DNA of 63,998 nucleotides, filler included, from Conidiobolus incongruus B7586 (Eukaryota): NCBI GenBank assembly GCA_000697335.1. It is 12 parts of 12 records of this genome, joined end to end, with 100 filler letters (N's around TTAATTAATTAA, not from the genome) between each part and the next. Parts side by side here need not be neighbours in the genome. Positions count along the whole stretch, not along the records: positions 1 to 23,848 come from JNEM01006750.1; positions 23,949 to 30,260 come from JNEM01006752.1; 10 more parts are not named here. One strand, 5' to 3'. Shown piece by piece: positions 13,420 to 25,886 of this stretch (position 1 is its first letter; each line of letters starts with the position of its first letter). The notes under the pieces were generated by a model. It saw only the letters and a program-made list of their open reading frames with translations, ran no database searches and was not told where the DNA came from. The position numbers and the translations under genes were made by a program.

Positions 13420-14655
13420 ATATAAAAATGATTTGATTTTCAACTATTATAAAAAGTAATAAAAAGTTTAGTATTCTGAAATTGTTTTTCTTTAATATAA
13501 TAGAATTATCAAATTTATAACATTATTTTTATCATTTAATTTGCATATAATTAGATGAACGATTTAGTATATTCTTTGAATGCCATTTCAATTATAATTT
13601 TAAAAAATATATAATAAAATTTAAATATCTTAAGATCTAGAATACATAAAGTTTGTTTTTAATTTAAATTACATTTAACATTAATTTATTCTGAAAAAAA
13701 TGATATATAGGCTTGATTTATAAAATATAATGTCAACTTTTTTTATAACAAAAAAAATCAATTTTTGCCGAATAATAAATAGTTAAAGTACAATGATCTT
13801 GAGTTTTCATCTTTACAAAATACAAATATTCTTATTCAACAACATTCAATGAAAGAATTATGTTTTTCAATGATTAATTTTATTTTATTATTAATAAATT
13901 TTAATTATTGGGGTAACTTGAATAAATAATGATTTATACCCTAATAATGATTATATAGCTCTATTTTTGATAATTTGAAATAATAGTATTAATACATTCA
14001 TATAGTATTTAATATTGAATTAATCTTCAAATTACATCGTTATATTATAGCGACTTTTATTTGTTTTATATCAAATTCAATATATGATATTACAATTTTT
14101 ATCAATATAAATTGGATATAAATATTATGTCCTGAAAAAATAAAACTATCTAAATTAAAGTTATTCTCAAATCTGAATATCAAATATAATGTATATATAA
14201 AGTTATATTCAATTCAATTAAATTTCCCTATAAAAATAAACTTTGATATATTTCCATATTAATTGCAATTATACTTATCATAAGTTAATAATTTTTCAGA
14301 GTTATATATCTGAATTTATTATGATAAATTGTCTATTATCTAATTTATCAAATCATATATTATCGCTCAATTAGCACTAAATAAGCAATCTAAAAATAGA
14401 TATCTGTAATTAAAAATATAATCTCTTAATAAAATTTAATAAAAGTATCAATACATAACCCTCATCATTTATAATTAACAGGTAAAAATATGTCATTATT
14501 ATTGGTCAAATTCCCAATATCTTTCAAAGAACCAAAAAATGAATTTCTAGAAAATTTCTAAATTAAGAAACTGCATAAGTTTATATTTTAACAAAATCAA
14601 CTTTAGATAATTTATTGACCTTCTTATTCTTGAACTCCATTTGTAACATAACAAA

Positions 14656-15213
14656 ATGTTGCACAAAGGACCTGCTATGTTGATGTACTGGCACGGTGGC
14701 ATCAACGATTATATGCTTTTCAAGGAGTGGGTGCCTCAAACTGTTGGAAGCTATGCTGGTGCTTGGATTCTTTTCTTCTTTATTACTATCCTCCTTGAAG
14801 CCTTAATGACTTTTCGCCATAACACAGAACTCGAGTGGAACCAAAAGGCTGTTGCTGCTCACAACCAGGTATTAGCTTCCGAGCTGACTTCCGCCACCCC
14901 ACTTAGTGGCACTTCAGTGGCTACTGCATTACCTTGGTGGCAGCGTTCAATTCTCGAAGCAATCTTCCAATTCCTTGAATCTGGACTTGCCTATTTTGTA
15001 ATGTTGGTTACTATGATATTTAACATCGGTCTCTTCTTCTCTATTGTTTTAGGACATGCCGTAGGTGTCTTTTTTTTCTACAGACTTAGAAAAAACCCCA
15101 AAGGTGTTAAAAATAATGGAACTCCCATCTTAAACAATTCAAATTCTAGTAGCAATAGTGCCTTACGGACTCCTGCAGAAACTGAGGCACCACCAACACC
15201 AAGCTGTCATTAA
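14656..15213 (+). CDS. Ctr-family copper transporter, 185 aa
   Basis: MLMYWH..LFKEW N-terminus, three hydrophobic helices, MxxxM (MLVTM), GxxxG (GHAVG) and a C-terminal CH. Confidence 0.9.
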   Translation: MLHKGPAMLMYWHGGINDYMLFKEWVPQTVGSYAGAWILFFFITILLEALMTFRHNTELEWNQKAVAAHNQVLASELTSATPLSGTSVATALPWWQRSILEAIFQFLESGLAYFVMLVTMIFNIGLFFSIVLGHAVGVFFFYRLRKNPKGVKNNGTPILNNSNSSSNSALRTPAETEAPPTPSCH

Positions 15214-15958
15214 CTAGTGTAGTAATATTTATCATTTTAAAGTTGTTAACTTTTAATTTTCATTTTTAATTGTTATAAATTTATTTGAATATCAATAAAC
15301 TCTTCTATATTATATAATTATATGGACTTAAATACAAGAATTGAACATTCGAATATTAGATAATTCTCACAATTGATTTATTAATATTAATCGCTTATTT
15401 AAACTAGCAGACTTTAAATAATAATTTCTTAATTTTGAATTGACTTATAAAAATTTTAAAATTAACCATCTCTTCATTGGCAATACTCATCATTTAAGTT
15501 AATAGATCTAACATAATCAATATTAAAAATATCGGCTTTATTTCGTTAGTTATTAAAAAGATATTATCAAAATTCATTACTAAAGCTTACACATTCTGTT
15601 AAATTATTATAGCATGCTAATTAATTGTAAATTAAAATGGAAGTGATACTGGTAAAATATTGACTAAAATTGTCAATTTGAAACATTTCAAGCATTATTT
15701 TATTAAATAGAGTAATATCAATTTGTATATATGAATTATTTGTCCCAAGTATGTAATGAAGTAATAATGATATATATTTATATCTTTGGTTAAATTAATC
15801 GGAATATTTATTGATTGGAATAGCTTTAAATATGAGAAATAATACCATATTGTAGATGTTGATAAGCTAATACAATAGATAAAACAATATATTGATTCAG
15901 ATTATATTCGTAAGAATTATGGACTAAAAGCCAAGAGGGTTATAATAATTACAAAGTA

Positions 15959-18070
15959 TTAAGTAAGATGGTCCACATTTCCTCCATTAGTATTGGCATT
16001 TGTTCTATGTTTCAATATCATGGAATAAGATCCATTGGTAACGTAGTTCAGCTTGTTAGTGACATATTCTTTTACCATGGGGTCAAGACCATCAGTGAAC
16101 TGTTCTAGGCTGGACATATAAGCCATACCTCGACCATCACCAAATAGTAAGGCATTTTGCGGATCTAGCTCTGTAAGTTTTGACGTATTTAAGAGATATA
16201 AAGGATCTGAAGATTGTAATGTGTCAATTAACTGAGGATATGTTCCATAATCTAAGTGGGAAGCTTGGTAGACAACATGATCAATGGCATTACCGTTAGG
16301 CGGAAGGAGATGAGTAATAACTGGAGGAAGTCCATATGCGAAGTGATCCCAAAATGTGGTTTCAGGTTGACCAACATACTCGACACTTCCATCAGGGTTG
16401 AAGGGAGGCTTGGGAGGAAGAGCAGGTGGACGCTGGTATTTGCGCCGCTTTGTATTCGTCGTCACAGTAGTTTGGCTCATTCCACTGACACTCGGACTTC
16501 GTGTTGAACTTGGAGGATAGCGACCAGAGAAGTCCAAAATATCAACACTTTCTTCGCGTCTACTCTTGGATGCTGATCGTGGGAGTTTGGTTTCTGTTTC
16601 TGTTTGCTTAGTTTCTGCTTCCTGCTGTGCCTGCTGTTTTCCTTGATCTTTAGCAGGTGGGTGTTGACTAGGGTCGTAGGGTAGAATATACTGGCTCTGC
16701 TTATTAATGCTAGTAACACCAAATTCCTTTAATTTACTAGCTTCTTTATAGTACAAAGTGTCAGGTCCATTATAGGTCATAGCATTGTCACATAATAAAA
16801 TCAAATCGTCTTTGAATTGGTCGATATGGGTATATTCTCGGTTTTCGATCTTCTTTCTCATTGTACTTAGGTCCATGGGTTGTTTAATGATAGTCAGATA
16901 ATCATCTATAGCATTGGTATCTACTGGCTCAAGGAATAATGCATAATGGTCCTTTCTTTCTAAACGAGTAATAAGGCGTTGAATAACAGGATATAAATAT
17001 CTGTTAGGAGGATTGTTAACTGAAGAAGAAGCTGGACCTTTGGAGTCCTCAGATGCCACAGTTGTTTCAGCTTTAGATGCAGGAGGCCTTCCTCTCTTTT
17101 TCTTCCCCCTTCTTGGAGTGGGTTTTTTAGGTTCAGTGCCGTCCGGTTGTTGTGATTGTGTATCAATTTCAGATTTAGATTGCTCCTCCAGCTCCCTGTC
17201 GCTTTCATTTTGGGTTTGATAGTCTTCATCGTTCATTAAGCTAGAATCTTCAGGCTCGTTAGAAAGATCAATAATGATGCTATCTTCTTTTTTATTTATA
17301 GTAGATGAAGCACAAGGTTGAATATCAATAGGCTCTTGAATTATTTCAGTGCTGGATTCAGGTATTTCTTTGGCGATTACGGAATTTTTTGAGGAGCTAT
17401 GATATTCACCAACAGATTTGGGAGGAATGGTACTAGACTGATCTAAATGTTCAGTGGGTGGTATTGGCTCAGGAGATGAGGATTGAGGTAATATCAATTT
17501 GACAATCAAGGATTTACGAGATCGGCTAGAAATCTGAGGCAATGGTTTAACTGGTAGTTTTAAGGTGATTTTGGGCTTTGGAGAAGAGTTTGGAATAGTA
17601 CTAGAGTGAGTAGATGTTGCTTGATTTGGATTCAATTTGAGCTTGATTTTAAATTTAGGCTGAGTAGGTGGTTCCTGAATTGGTGATGGTGAACGCTGGG
17701 GAGATTGAGATTGATTACTTTGATTATTATCTGAATACTCATATTCAGTTAAGTCAGAACCTTCAGAATAAGAATAATCTTCTGAATATGTTTTAGATTG
17801 ATTATGCGTTGGAGATACAGCCTGATTAGAATGTCTAGCAGATGAGTGATGCTCAGATATTCTAGAGTGGTCATAACTACCTTCTATCTCATTTTGATAT
17901 CTTGGTGACAAAGAACGTGAATAATCTGATTGTGTGTTTTTATCTGAGTGGTTTTGGGGTAATTTTAGTTTTAAAGTTACTTTTAATGGTATTGTTGTAG
18001 GTGGAGAATGTTCTGACTCGCTACCATAGCTTGGCTCAGAATATGAACTATAATGATTAGGTGAACCCAT
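15959..18070 (-). CDS. BRD7/BRD9-like bromodomain protein, 703 aa, intronless
   Basis: Bromodomain with PMDLSTM and CDNAMTYNGPDTLYY, AT-hook KRGRPP, and a C-terminal GDGRGMAYMSSLEQF..LNYVTNG segment resembling the BRD7/9 DUF3512 region. Confidence 0.85.
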   Translation of the reverse strand: MGSPNHYSSYSEPSYGSESEHSPPTTIPLKVTLKLKLPQNHSDKNTQSDYSRSLSPRYQNEIEGSYDHSRISEHHSSARHSNQAVSPTHNQSKTYSEDYSYSEGSDLTEYEYSDNNQSNQSQSPQRSPSPIQEPPTQPKFKIKLKLNPNQATSTHSSTIPNSSPKPKITLKLPVKPLPQISSRSRKSLIVKLILPQSSSPEPIPPTEHLDQSSTIPPKSVGEYHSSSKNSVIAKEIPESSTEIIQEPIDIQPCASSTINKKEDSIIIDLSNEPEDSSLMNDEDYQTQNESDRELEEQSKSEIDTQSQQPDGTEPKKPTPRRGKKKRGRPPASKAETTVASEDSKGPASSSVNNPPNRYLYPVIQRLITRLERKDHYALFLEPVDTNAIDDYLTIIKQPMDLSTMRKKIENREYTHIDQFKDDLILLCDNAMTYNGPDTLYYKEASKLKEFGVTSINKQSQYILPYDPSQHPPAKDQGKQQAQQEAETKQTETETKLPRSASKSRREESVDILDFSGRYPPSSTRSPSVSGMSQTTVTTNTKRRKYQRPPALPPKPPFNPDGSVEYVGQPETTFWDHFAYGLPPVITHLLPPNGNAIDHVVYQASHLDYGTYPQLIDTLQSSDPLYLLNTSKLTELDPQNALLFGDGRGMAYMSSLEQFTDGLDPMVKEYVTNKLNYVTNGSYSMILKHRTNANTNGGNVDHLT

Positions 18071-19332
18071 AAAAATTAAATATATTTAATTTGTTATTAT
18101 AATTCAATAATAATATTTAAAATTTATTGATTTGTCTTAAAAATTTCACAATTAAATAATTTTAATTGAATTATTTAATACCAGAAATAAATCAAAATAA
18201 TAGACTAATTGGTAATACAATAATAATCGAAACTTATTATGGGATTAAATAATAGATTGTTGCTAATTTGGAATTATCCCTACAAGCCTTTGACACTGTA
18301 TATTTAATTCCAAAGGTATAACACTTTAATATAATATATATTATTTAATTATTACAATATTTTTATCACTTTATATTTTAATATTATTCATGAGTAGAGA
18401 AATTTTTCTATTTGTTACATTACTTTACAATTTTACTATGCCATGCACTTCACTATTATTAATTCCAATTTCTTAACTATTTTTACTTTATTATCGCTAA
18501 AAGCTATACAATATAGATATTACTGTATTATTTTTATATAATATCCAAAATAATATTGTTGAAGTATTTATATTTATTAATTATCTTTTAATATAGAAAC
18601 ATGGGAATTTGACATTAAATAATGGTTTTTCTTTTTATCAATTTTTAAATACAACTTGTGAATAAATAGTCTATCATATATGGACTGATAATAAACTTAG
18701 GAAAGGCCACGATGCTATTGTCTATAATATACAAAATAAATTTCATAAATATGTAATTAAAATTTTAAATTTTTATACTTAATTATCGTGCATAAAATTT
18801 ATTGTATTCAATTCAATCATCAAAAATATAATCATAAAATAACTGAATATTTTATATAATTTGACGAACAAGTCAATATGTATTAAATTATTAATAGATA
18901 TTTAAATTAATTCTAGATTAATATATGATGTGATATTACAAATACAATTATATAATTTATTCTCTGTTGCTAAATTTGATATTTCAGAATAGCTTCAAGT
19001 TCCGATATTTCTCCTAATCAACTCTTGTAATTAATGTTACAGATGTGAAAATCAATTGATAGTCATTCGTATATTTAATTTTACAGAATATATTTTATAA
19101 AACTACAAAATTGTAAATGATTTCAAGCTTATTTAAATCTTTTACTGATATGTTACAATTAAGTTAATATCGCAAAGAGGTTATTAATCTAATAACTTTA
19201 GATCTTCGTGGAAATTTTTGGATTTTTTTGAACGGATTTACAAATGGAATCATATAAATATTGACTTATTTTTATTGGAGTTTAATCATATTAATTTAAT
19301 TTATTCTTTTAATTAATTTATATAATTTTAAA

Positions 19333-20133
19333 ATGAACAAATTCTTGACTACTTTAGCTTTGATCTTGCCCGCTTTAGCTGGTGGATATGATGACTATGA
19401 CAGCCATGGTAACTATGGTGATTACGATGGCTACGATGGAAAAGGTGACTATGGAAATGATAAGAGATACAGACCATCTTACTACCGCCGTGGATATGGA
19501 GACCATGACGATTACGACAACTATGGTAACTATGAAAACTATGGTGATTACGATGGCTACGATGAAAAAGATGGCTATGGAAGAGGCAAAAGATATGGCC
19601 CATCTTATTTCCGTCGTGGTTATGAAGATTATGGCGATTACGATGGCTATGGTTACAACAGAAAATATGGCAGTAAATACCATCGTCGTGGAAATGGCGG
19701 CTATGGTGGTTATGACAGATACGATGATTACGAAGGTAAAGGTGACTATGATAACTACGATGACTACGATGGTAAAGATGACTATGGTAATGGAAAGAAA
19801 TATGGCCCATCTTACTACCGTCGCGGAAATGATGGTTATGATGGCTATGGAAAAGATTATGGAGAAAACTATGGAATGGATTATGGAAATGGAAAACCAT
19901 ATGACGGGGACTATGAGAATAATAACGGATATGACAAAGGATATGGTGGGTATGGAAAAGTCAAACCATATAACTGGAAAGATGACTACGGAAACGACAA
20001 CGAATATGGGTCCTATGATAATGGAAATGGAGATAGGTCTTATGGGGATAATTATGACTATGAGTATGTTGACTATGATGACAATTACTACAACAGCCCT
20101 TATACTGGTGATAAATACTCCGAGGACTATTAA
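19333..20133 (+). CDS. Secreted Tyr/Gly/Asp-rich repeat protein, 266 aa; candidate Kex2-processed repeat precursor
   Basis: Signal peptide MNKFLTTLALILPALA. Four repeats each end in a dibasic pair, a hexapeptide and RR. AAAATG start context and TAA stop. Confidence 0.85.
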   Translation: MNKFLTTLALILPALAGGYDDYDSHGNYGDYDGYDGKGDYGNDKRYRPSYYRRGYGDHDDYDNYGNYENYGDYDGYDEKDGYGRGKRYGPSYFRRGYEDYGDYDGYGYNRKYGSKYHRRGNGGYGGYDRYDDYEGKGDYDNYDDYDGKDDYGNGKKYGPSYYRRGNDGYDGYGKDYGENYGMDYGNGKPYDGDYENNNGYDKGYGGYGKVKPYNWKDDYGNDNEYGSYDNGNGDRSYGDNYDYEYVDYDDNYYNSPYTGDKYSEDY

Positions 20134-20839
20134 ATGGCCTAAAAGCGAGCATGTATATTTTATTCCTCTCGCACCAATTACCTTTACCTACAGCTTATTT
20201 AACAATTTTATATTCAACCTATTAAACTCCATTTCTATAAAAATATTCTTACCTGAATTCAATTGATTGAGTATTTAATATTGCAAAATTTTTTGATTTT
20301 ATTATAATTATTATTATTATTATGCGTAATTTATTCAATAATATAAAAATATATTGACTTCAAGATCATTATTTCTTTACTCAAAAACAAACAATATCTA
20401 ATTGTATATTCTCTAATATTTTAACATGATAATCCCATTATTAATTACATTTGATATAAATAAAGCAAGTATCTGAATGCACAATAGATACCATCAGATT
20501 ATATAATAGGATCATTAAATTATTTAACAAATACATTTATAAAATATATCATTACCAACTATGGTATACTCTGCAATATATTACATTATAATGAATTTTG
20601 AAAATTAATAGATAAGTACTCTTATAAATATATCTCAATTAAAACTGATGTTATAATATATATTGATATGATAATAATATAATTTTTAATCATATTGATT
20701 AATAATAATGCAAATCTTGAATATAAAATTAGCCAAAATTATAGTTAGATTTTTGAAATTATTTGAAAATTCTATTCAATCATAGTAGTTATATTCTAAC
20801 TTATGAAAGCTTGATATTTTTTCATTTTATACTCCAGTC

Positions 20840-21034
20840 CAGCTCTTTTCAATTTTTTTCGCATCGACCCCGAAGTTAAAATTGCTGTCTGAGACCCCTT
20901 TTGATCAAAACGATTGATTGAAGGACTTCTGTAATATAATATATATTTATGTTTTACAGAATTACAAATTGCGACCCCTTTGTGAATCATGGTAACTCAC
21001 AACGGGATCATGTCCAAAATTTTGGGAAACACTA
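20840..21034. mobile_element. hAT (Charlie-like) MITE, 195 bp
   Basis: Ends CAGCTCTTTTCAA..TTGGGAAACACTA, three internal GACCCC motifs, and decayed 8-bp flanks CTCCAGTC / CCCTAGGC. Confidence 0.6.
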
Positions 21035-22405
21035 CCCTAGGCCATTTTAGTTAATGGGTAAATTCATTTTGTATATAACTTTTGGAAGTTATCGAATAAA
21101 GCCAAGTTCATTTTATATATTTTATATAACAATAATATAATCTTATTTATAATTGGGATAATTATTATAATTTTAAAACTTTGAAGTTTATATATTATCA
21201 GCGCAATAATTTCTATAAATAGGAATATAATTCCAATTATTTAATCAATTTATTATAGACAGAATTACAAATTAAATACTTATATTCAATGCAAAATTAT
21301 TAGGAATAAAATATATAATTCAAAATAGATATAGTTTGAGAATCCTTAATAGAAATAAAATCAATAGACATTGCCTATAAAACGTAGATTTTGTTAATTT
21401 TTAAATAATTCTCTCTTATTCGAATTGAATCTTGAATAATAATTATCTATTTTTAGAAAATATATTTGTGTTGAACAATACATAGAAATATTGAATTAAA
21501 ATCATGATTTAAATTTCATACTATTATAATTTTATATCTAATTTAATATCAAATAATTCGCATGAATATCTAACTCAAAATTAAATGATCATCTTTTGGT
21601 GATATAGAATGTGCTAAAATTATTTATATTAATATTTTTGAAAGATTTAATTTATTTATAAATTATATATTATGTCCATATAAAATTGAATGTGTGAAAT
21701 ATCGAAATATTATTGAAAATTATATTAATACTTGATATAATAATTATTTGGTTATCAAATTTGCAACAATATTCAATTTTAACCTTAGAACAATTAATTA
21801 AATCAAAATATTAATGTTTGACACAAACTATTTCAATTTTGCTTCAATTTTCCTATGGGTTTTTTTCTTATCATATATATCATTTCAAAATCAAAATATA
21901 TATTTATTAAAACGATTCATAATAAAAATTTAATCTATAATAATGAAATATCAATTGCCAAAAAATCAATGTGTAAGATATATCCAATTTTCAATATATT
22001 TCACCCAGTTCAAATATTATTTGTGCCTTCAATTAATTATTTTTTTTCTTCTCAGAATAAGATTTTAATTATTTGAAAAAAAATTAAAACTACTATTTCT
22101 GCAAAACACAATATATCAGTATAAGCATAATGTCTTGATTTTTATTTGATTATTTAACTTTTATTTAATATTGAGAAAATAATTTCATATATTATTTTCT
22201 ATTTATTAATTTATAATTATATAATACATAATGAATATCAATGAATAATTTGAAAAAACAATATTATTTATATTTTTCTAACAAATATTATCATATAATT
22301 TTTTGAAAATATTAATATAATAATGATTTTTTTTAAAATATATTGTTATTAAGTTTCAATATATATTTAAATTATTATAAATTATTATATATATATATAT
22401 ATATA

Positions 22406-23848
22406 TACTAGCCTATAAAAGTGAGTTATAAAATCAAAATTATTTATATACTTACCTATATCTTAAACAATTCTTAATTAAATGAATTCAAATTAAAATA
22501 TATAATTTACCTATATTAGTTGATTATAATTAACTATATTTGATTATATTTTATTAATTATTGATTAATATATCAAAACCTAAAATTTAACCAAGGTGAG
22601 TTATAAATTTGTGGGTTTATAAGTTAAGGGGGAATAAATAACAAAACTTAAATATATCTTTTTTTCTTTTGTTATATTATATATATTATAAAACTATTAA
22701 GCTAATATTTTAAAATTAATATTATAATACCTAAATCTCTCTCTAAAAAATTCACTTATATATTAATTAACTTTATAATAAAAATAAATCTATTTGAGAG
22801 ATTGTTAAAATTATTAGTGTTAGCTAATCTATTATAGTTAGGGTTAGTAAGAACAATATTAAAAGACATCTAAATTAAAACCTAAGTATATTAAGGTTAT
22901 AGATAAATATGATAAAAAGTATATTTATAGATTAGTTAATATAAGTAAGTATAATACTATTGTAAAAATATAATAAAAATTACAAAATTATACAAGAATA
23001 TTAATTAATACTAATATTATTATATATGCTTTATATTAAAATAAATATCACTTATATTATAAGAAAAAACACTTATAACTAAAAAAGTTTTATTATAAAG
23101 TTAAGCAAGAGTTTAAATATTAATACTAAAGTTGAACTAAAATTAATTAAAGTAAGGTTATTTAATTTAATAAAACAAAGATATATTTTAATAAATTTAA
23201 TAAAAAAGCTAGATTTTTCAAAAAAAAATAAAAAATCACTTTATAACCATTATGTTATTATAACCTAAAAATACAGTGATAAGTTAATTATAGTTTAAGA
23301 ATATATGTTATTTTTAAGTATAGGGTATTTTTATAAGTTTAATAGGGGAATGAATATTGAGAAATATTAAAGTATTTTGAATAATAAATTGAAAAAAACT
23401 ATTGAGTAGTATAGGTTAAATAAATTAAACATTATTTTCTAATAAGATAATACCCTTTATTATATTATAAATTCTATTATTAAATGGTTTAAAAATAACA
23501 AAATAACTATTATGAAATAACCTCTAAATTTCTTAATTTTAACTTAATTGAAAATTTTTAAAATTAATTAAAAAAATCAATTAAAACTTTCCCCCTAATA
23601 AAAAATTTAAATTAATTTTAAAAGTATATTCAAGAAGTTTAGAATAATATTAATCTTACTTAATATAAGAACCTAGTTGACTTTATACCCTATAAACTTA
23701 AAGAGGTTAAAAAAGCAAAAGATGGATATATTAAATATTAATTTTTCTATTAATATTAAAACCTATAGATTTATAACTTATTTTAAATATACTTTTAGTT
23801 TTGATATATTAATTAATAATTAATTAAATTTAACCTTATATATGATAT
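22406..23848 (+). mobile_element. Decayed Tc1-like transposon (family B), right end in an assembly gap
   Basis: TACTAGCCTATAAAAGTGAGTTATAAAAT terminus after a (TA)n run, inner direct repeat GGTGAGTTATAAATT at ~22596, decayed FQQDNAP and WPxxSPDLNPIE. Confidence 0.85.
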
Positions 23849-24313
23849 NNNNNNNNNNNNNNNNNNNNNNNNNNNNNNNNNNNNNNNNNNNNTTAATTAA
23901 TTAANNNNNNNNNNNNNNNNNNNNNNNNNNNNNNNNNNNNNNNNNNNNAATAATTAGATAAAATTAACAAATTAAATATATTATTTTATTTTAATTTAAA
24001 TAATTAAAATTTTTAAAAATAATTAAAAAACTAATTTATAAGAAAAAAAAATTATTATAAAATATTTTAATTAATTTAAAATATTTAATTCTGATACTTA
24101 AAAAATAATATATAATGATTAAAAATTTCCCAAAAATATAATAAAAAATAATAGTTTAATATTATAATATTAAACTTATAATATATATTATATATAAATG
24201 GTAATTTATTTAATTACGAAAGATTCTCAGAATTTTGAGAATTAAATAATATTTAAATATATTTATATTGAAAAAAATAATTAAAATTAAAAAAATTTAT
24301 AAATTATAATATA

Positions 24314-25886
24314 TACTAACTTGCAAAAATAAGTTATAAAATTAAAAATATATATATATTTTAATTAATAACTAAAACAATTATATATATTAGATTATTT
24401 GAAACTATAATATATAAATAAGGTATATTATTTAATAATAAATAAATATATTAAGATATATTTAGTAAACTATTAGCAAAAATATTAACCTTTAATATTT
24501 AACTAAGGTGAGTTATAAATTTACAGGCTTTTAAGATAAAAGAATATATTTAACAATATATAACCATATTTTTTTTCTTTTTTTGCTATTATTTTATATA
24601 ATATTTTATAGATATACTAAATTTTTTTTATTAATATCATTATGCTTAAATCCCTCTTTAAAAAAATCCATTTGTATATCAATCAACTTTATAAAAAAAA
24701 TAAATCAACTTATAATATTGCTAGAATTACTAATGTTAGCTAGTTTACTATAGCTATAGCTATTAAGATTAACAATAAATAAACATTTAAACTTAAATTT
24801 AAATATACTAGGATTATAGATAAATATGATGAGAAATATATCTATAGGTTAGTTAATAAAGGTAAATATAATATTATTATAAAAATATAACAGGAATTGT
24901 AAAACTATATAGGAATATTAATTAGTATTAATACTATTAAATATGTTTTATATTGGTATAGATACCACTTACACCTTAAAAAAAACACCCCTAACTAAAG
25001 AAATCCTATTGTAAAACTAGGTGGGAGTTTAAATATTACCATCAATATTAAATTAAAATTAATTAGAATAAGGTTATTTAATCTAATGAAATAAAAATAT
25101 ACTTTAGTAAATTTGATAGAAAGGCTAGATGCTTCAGAAAAAATATAAAATTACTTTGTAACTATTATGTTAATTTTACCTAAAAGTACAATAATAAGTC
25201 AATTATTATTTGGGGATATATATTGTTTTTAGGTGTAAAATATCTTTATAAAATTAATAGGGGAATTAATGCTGAGATATATTAAAGTATTCTAAACAAT
25301 AAATTAAAAAAACCATTGAATGGTATAGGTTAAACAAATCTAATATTATTTTCTAACAAGATAATACCTCTTGCTATATTATAGCTTTTATTATTAAATA
25401 GCTTAAAAATAATAAAATAATAGTTATAAAGTAACTTTTTCAATCTTTTAACCTTAATCTAATTAAATACCTTTAGAATTAGTTAAAAAAAGCTATTAAA
25501 GCTTTCCCCCTAGTAAAAGATTTAAATCAACTTTAGGAATATATTTAATAAGTATAGAACAAGATTAACCCTTTTTAGTATAAGAAATTAGTTGATTCTA
25601 TACCCTACAGACTTAAAGAAGTTAGAAAAGCTAAAGGTAGATATACTAGGTTTTAATTTTTTTTTATCACCAAAAACCTACAAATTTATGACTCACCTTA
25701 GGTAAAATTTAAAGGTTTATATTTTAACCAATTAATAGCTAAATATAATTATTTAATGATATATATAATTAATAAATATAAAAAATTTTAACTATTTAAT
25801 TTAGGTTTATTTCATTAAATATTAATCAAGTTATTAATAAAAATAAAAGTGTTTTTGATTTTTTAACTCATTTTTATATGTTAGTA
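24314..25886 (+). mobile_element. Full-length decayed Tc1-like transposon (~1.57 kb)
   Basis: Inverted termini with outer and inner DRs, TA flanks, and a decayed transposase starting ATGCTTAAATCCCTC at ~24641. Confidence 0.88.

Noticed and set aside
16256..17229. Short ORFs overlapping the bromodomain gene
   Set aside because: Antisense or off-frame shadows of a GC-richer CDS with no recognisable motifs.
19349..20266. Long overlapping Met/Thr-, His- and Ile/Val-rich ORFs in other frames
   Set aside because: Shadows of the GAY/TAY/GGN codon repeat. Only the 19333 frame has a signal peptide and a good start context.
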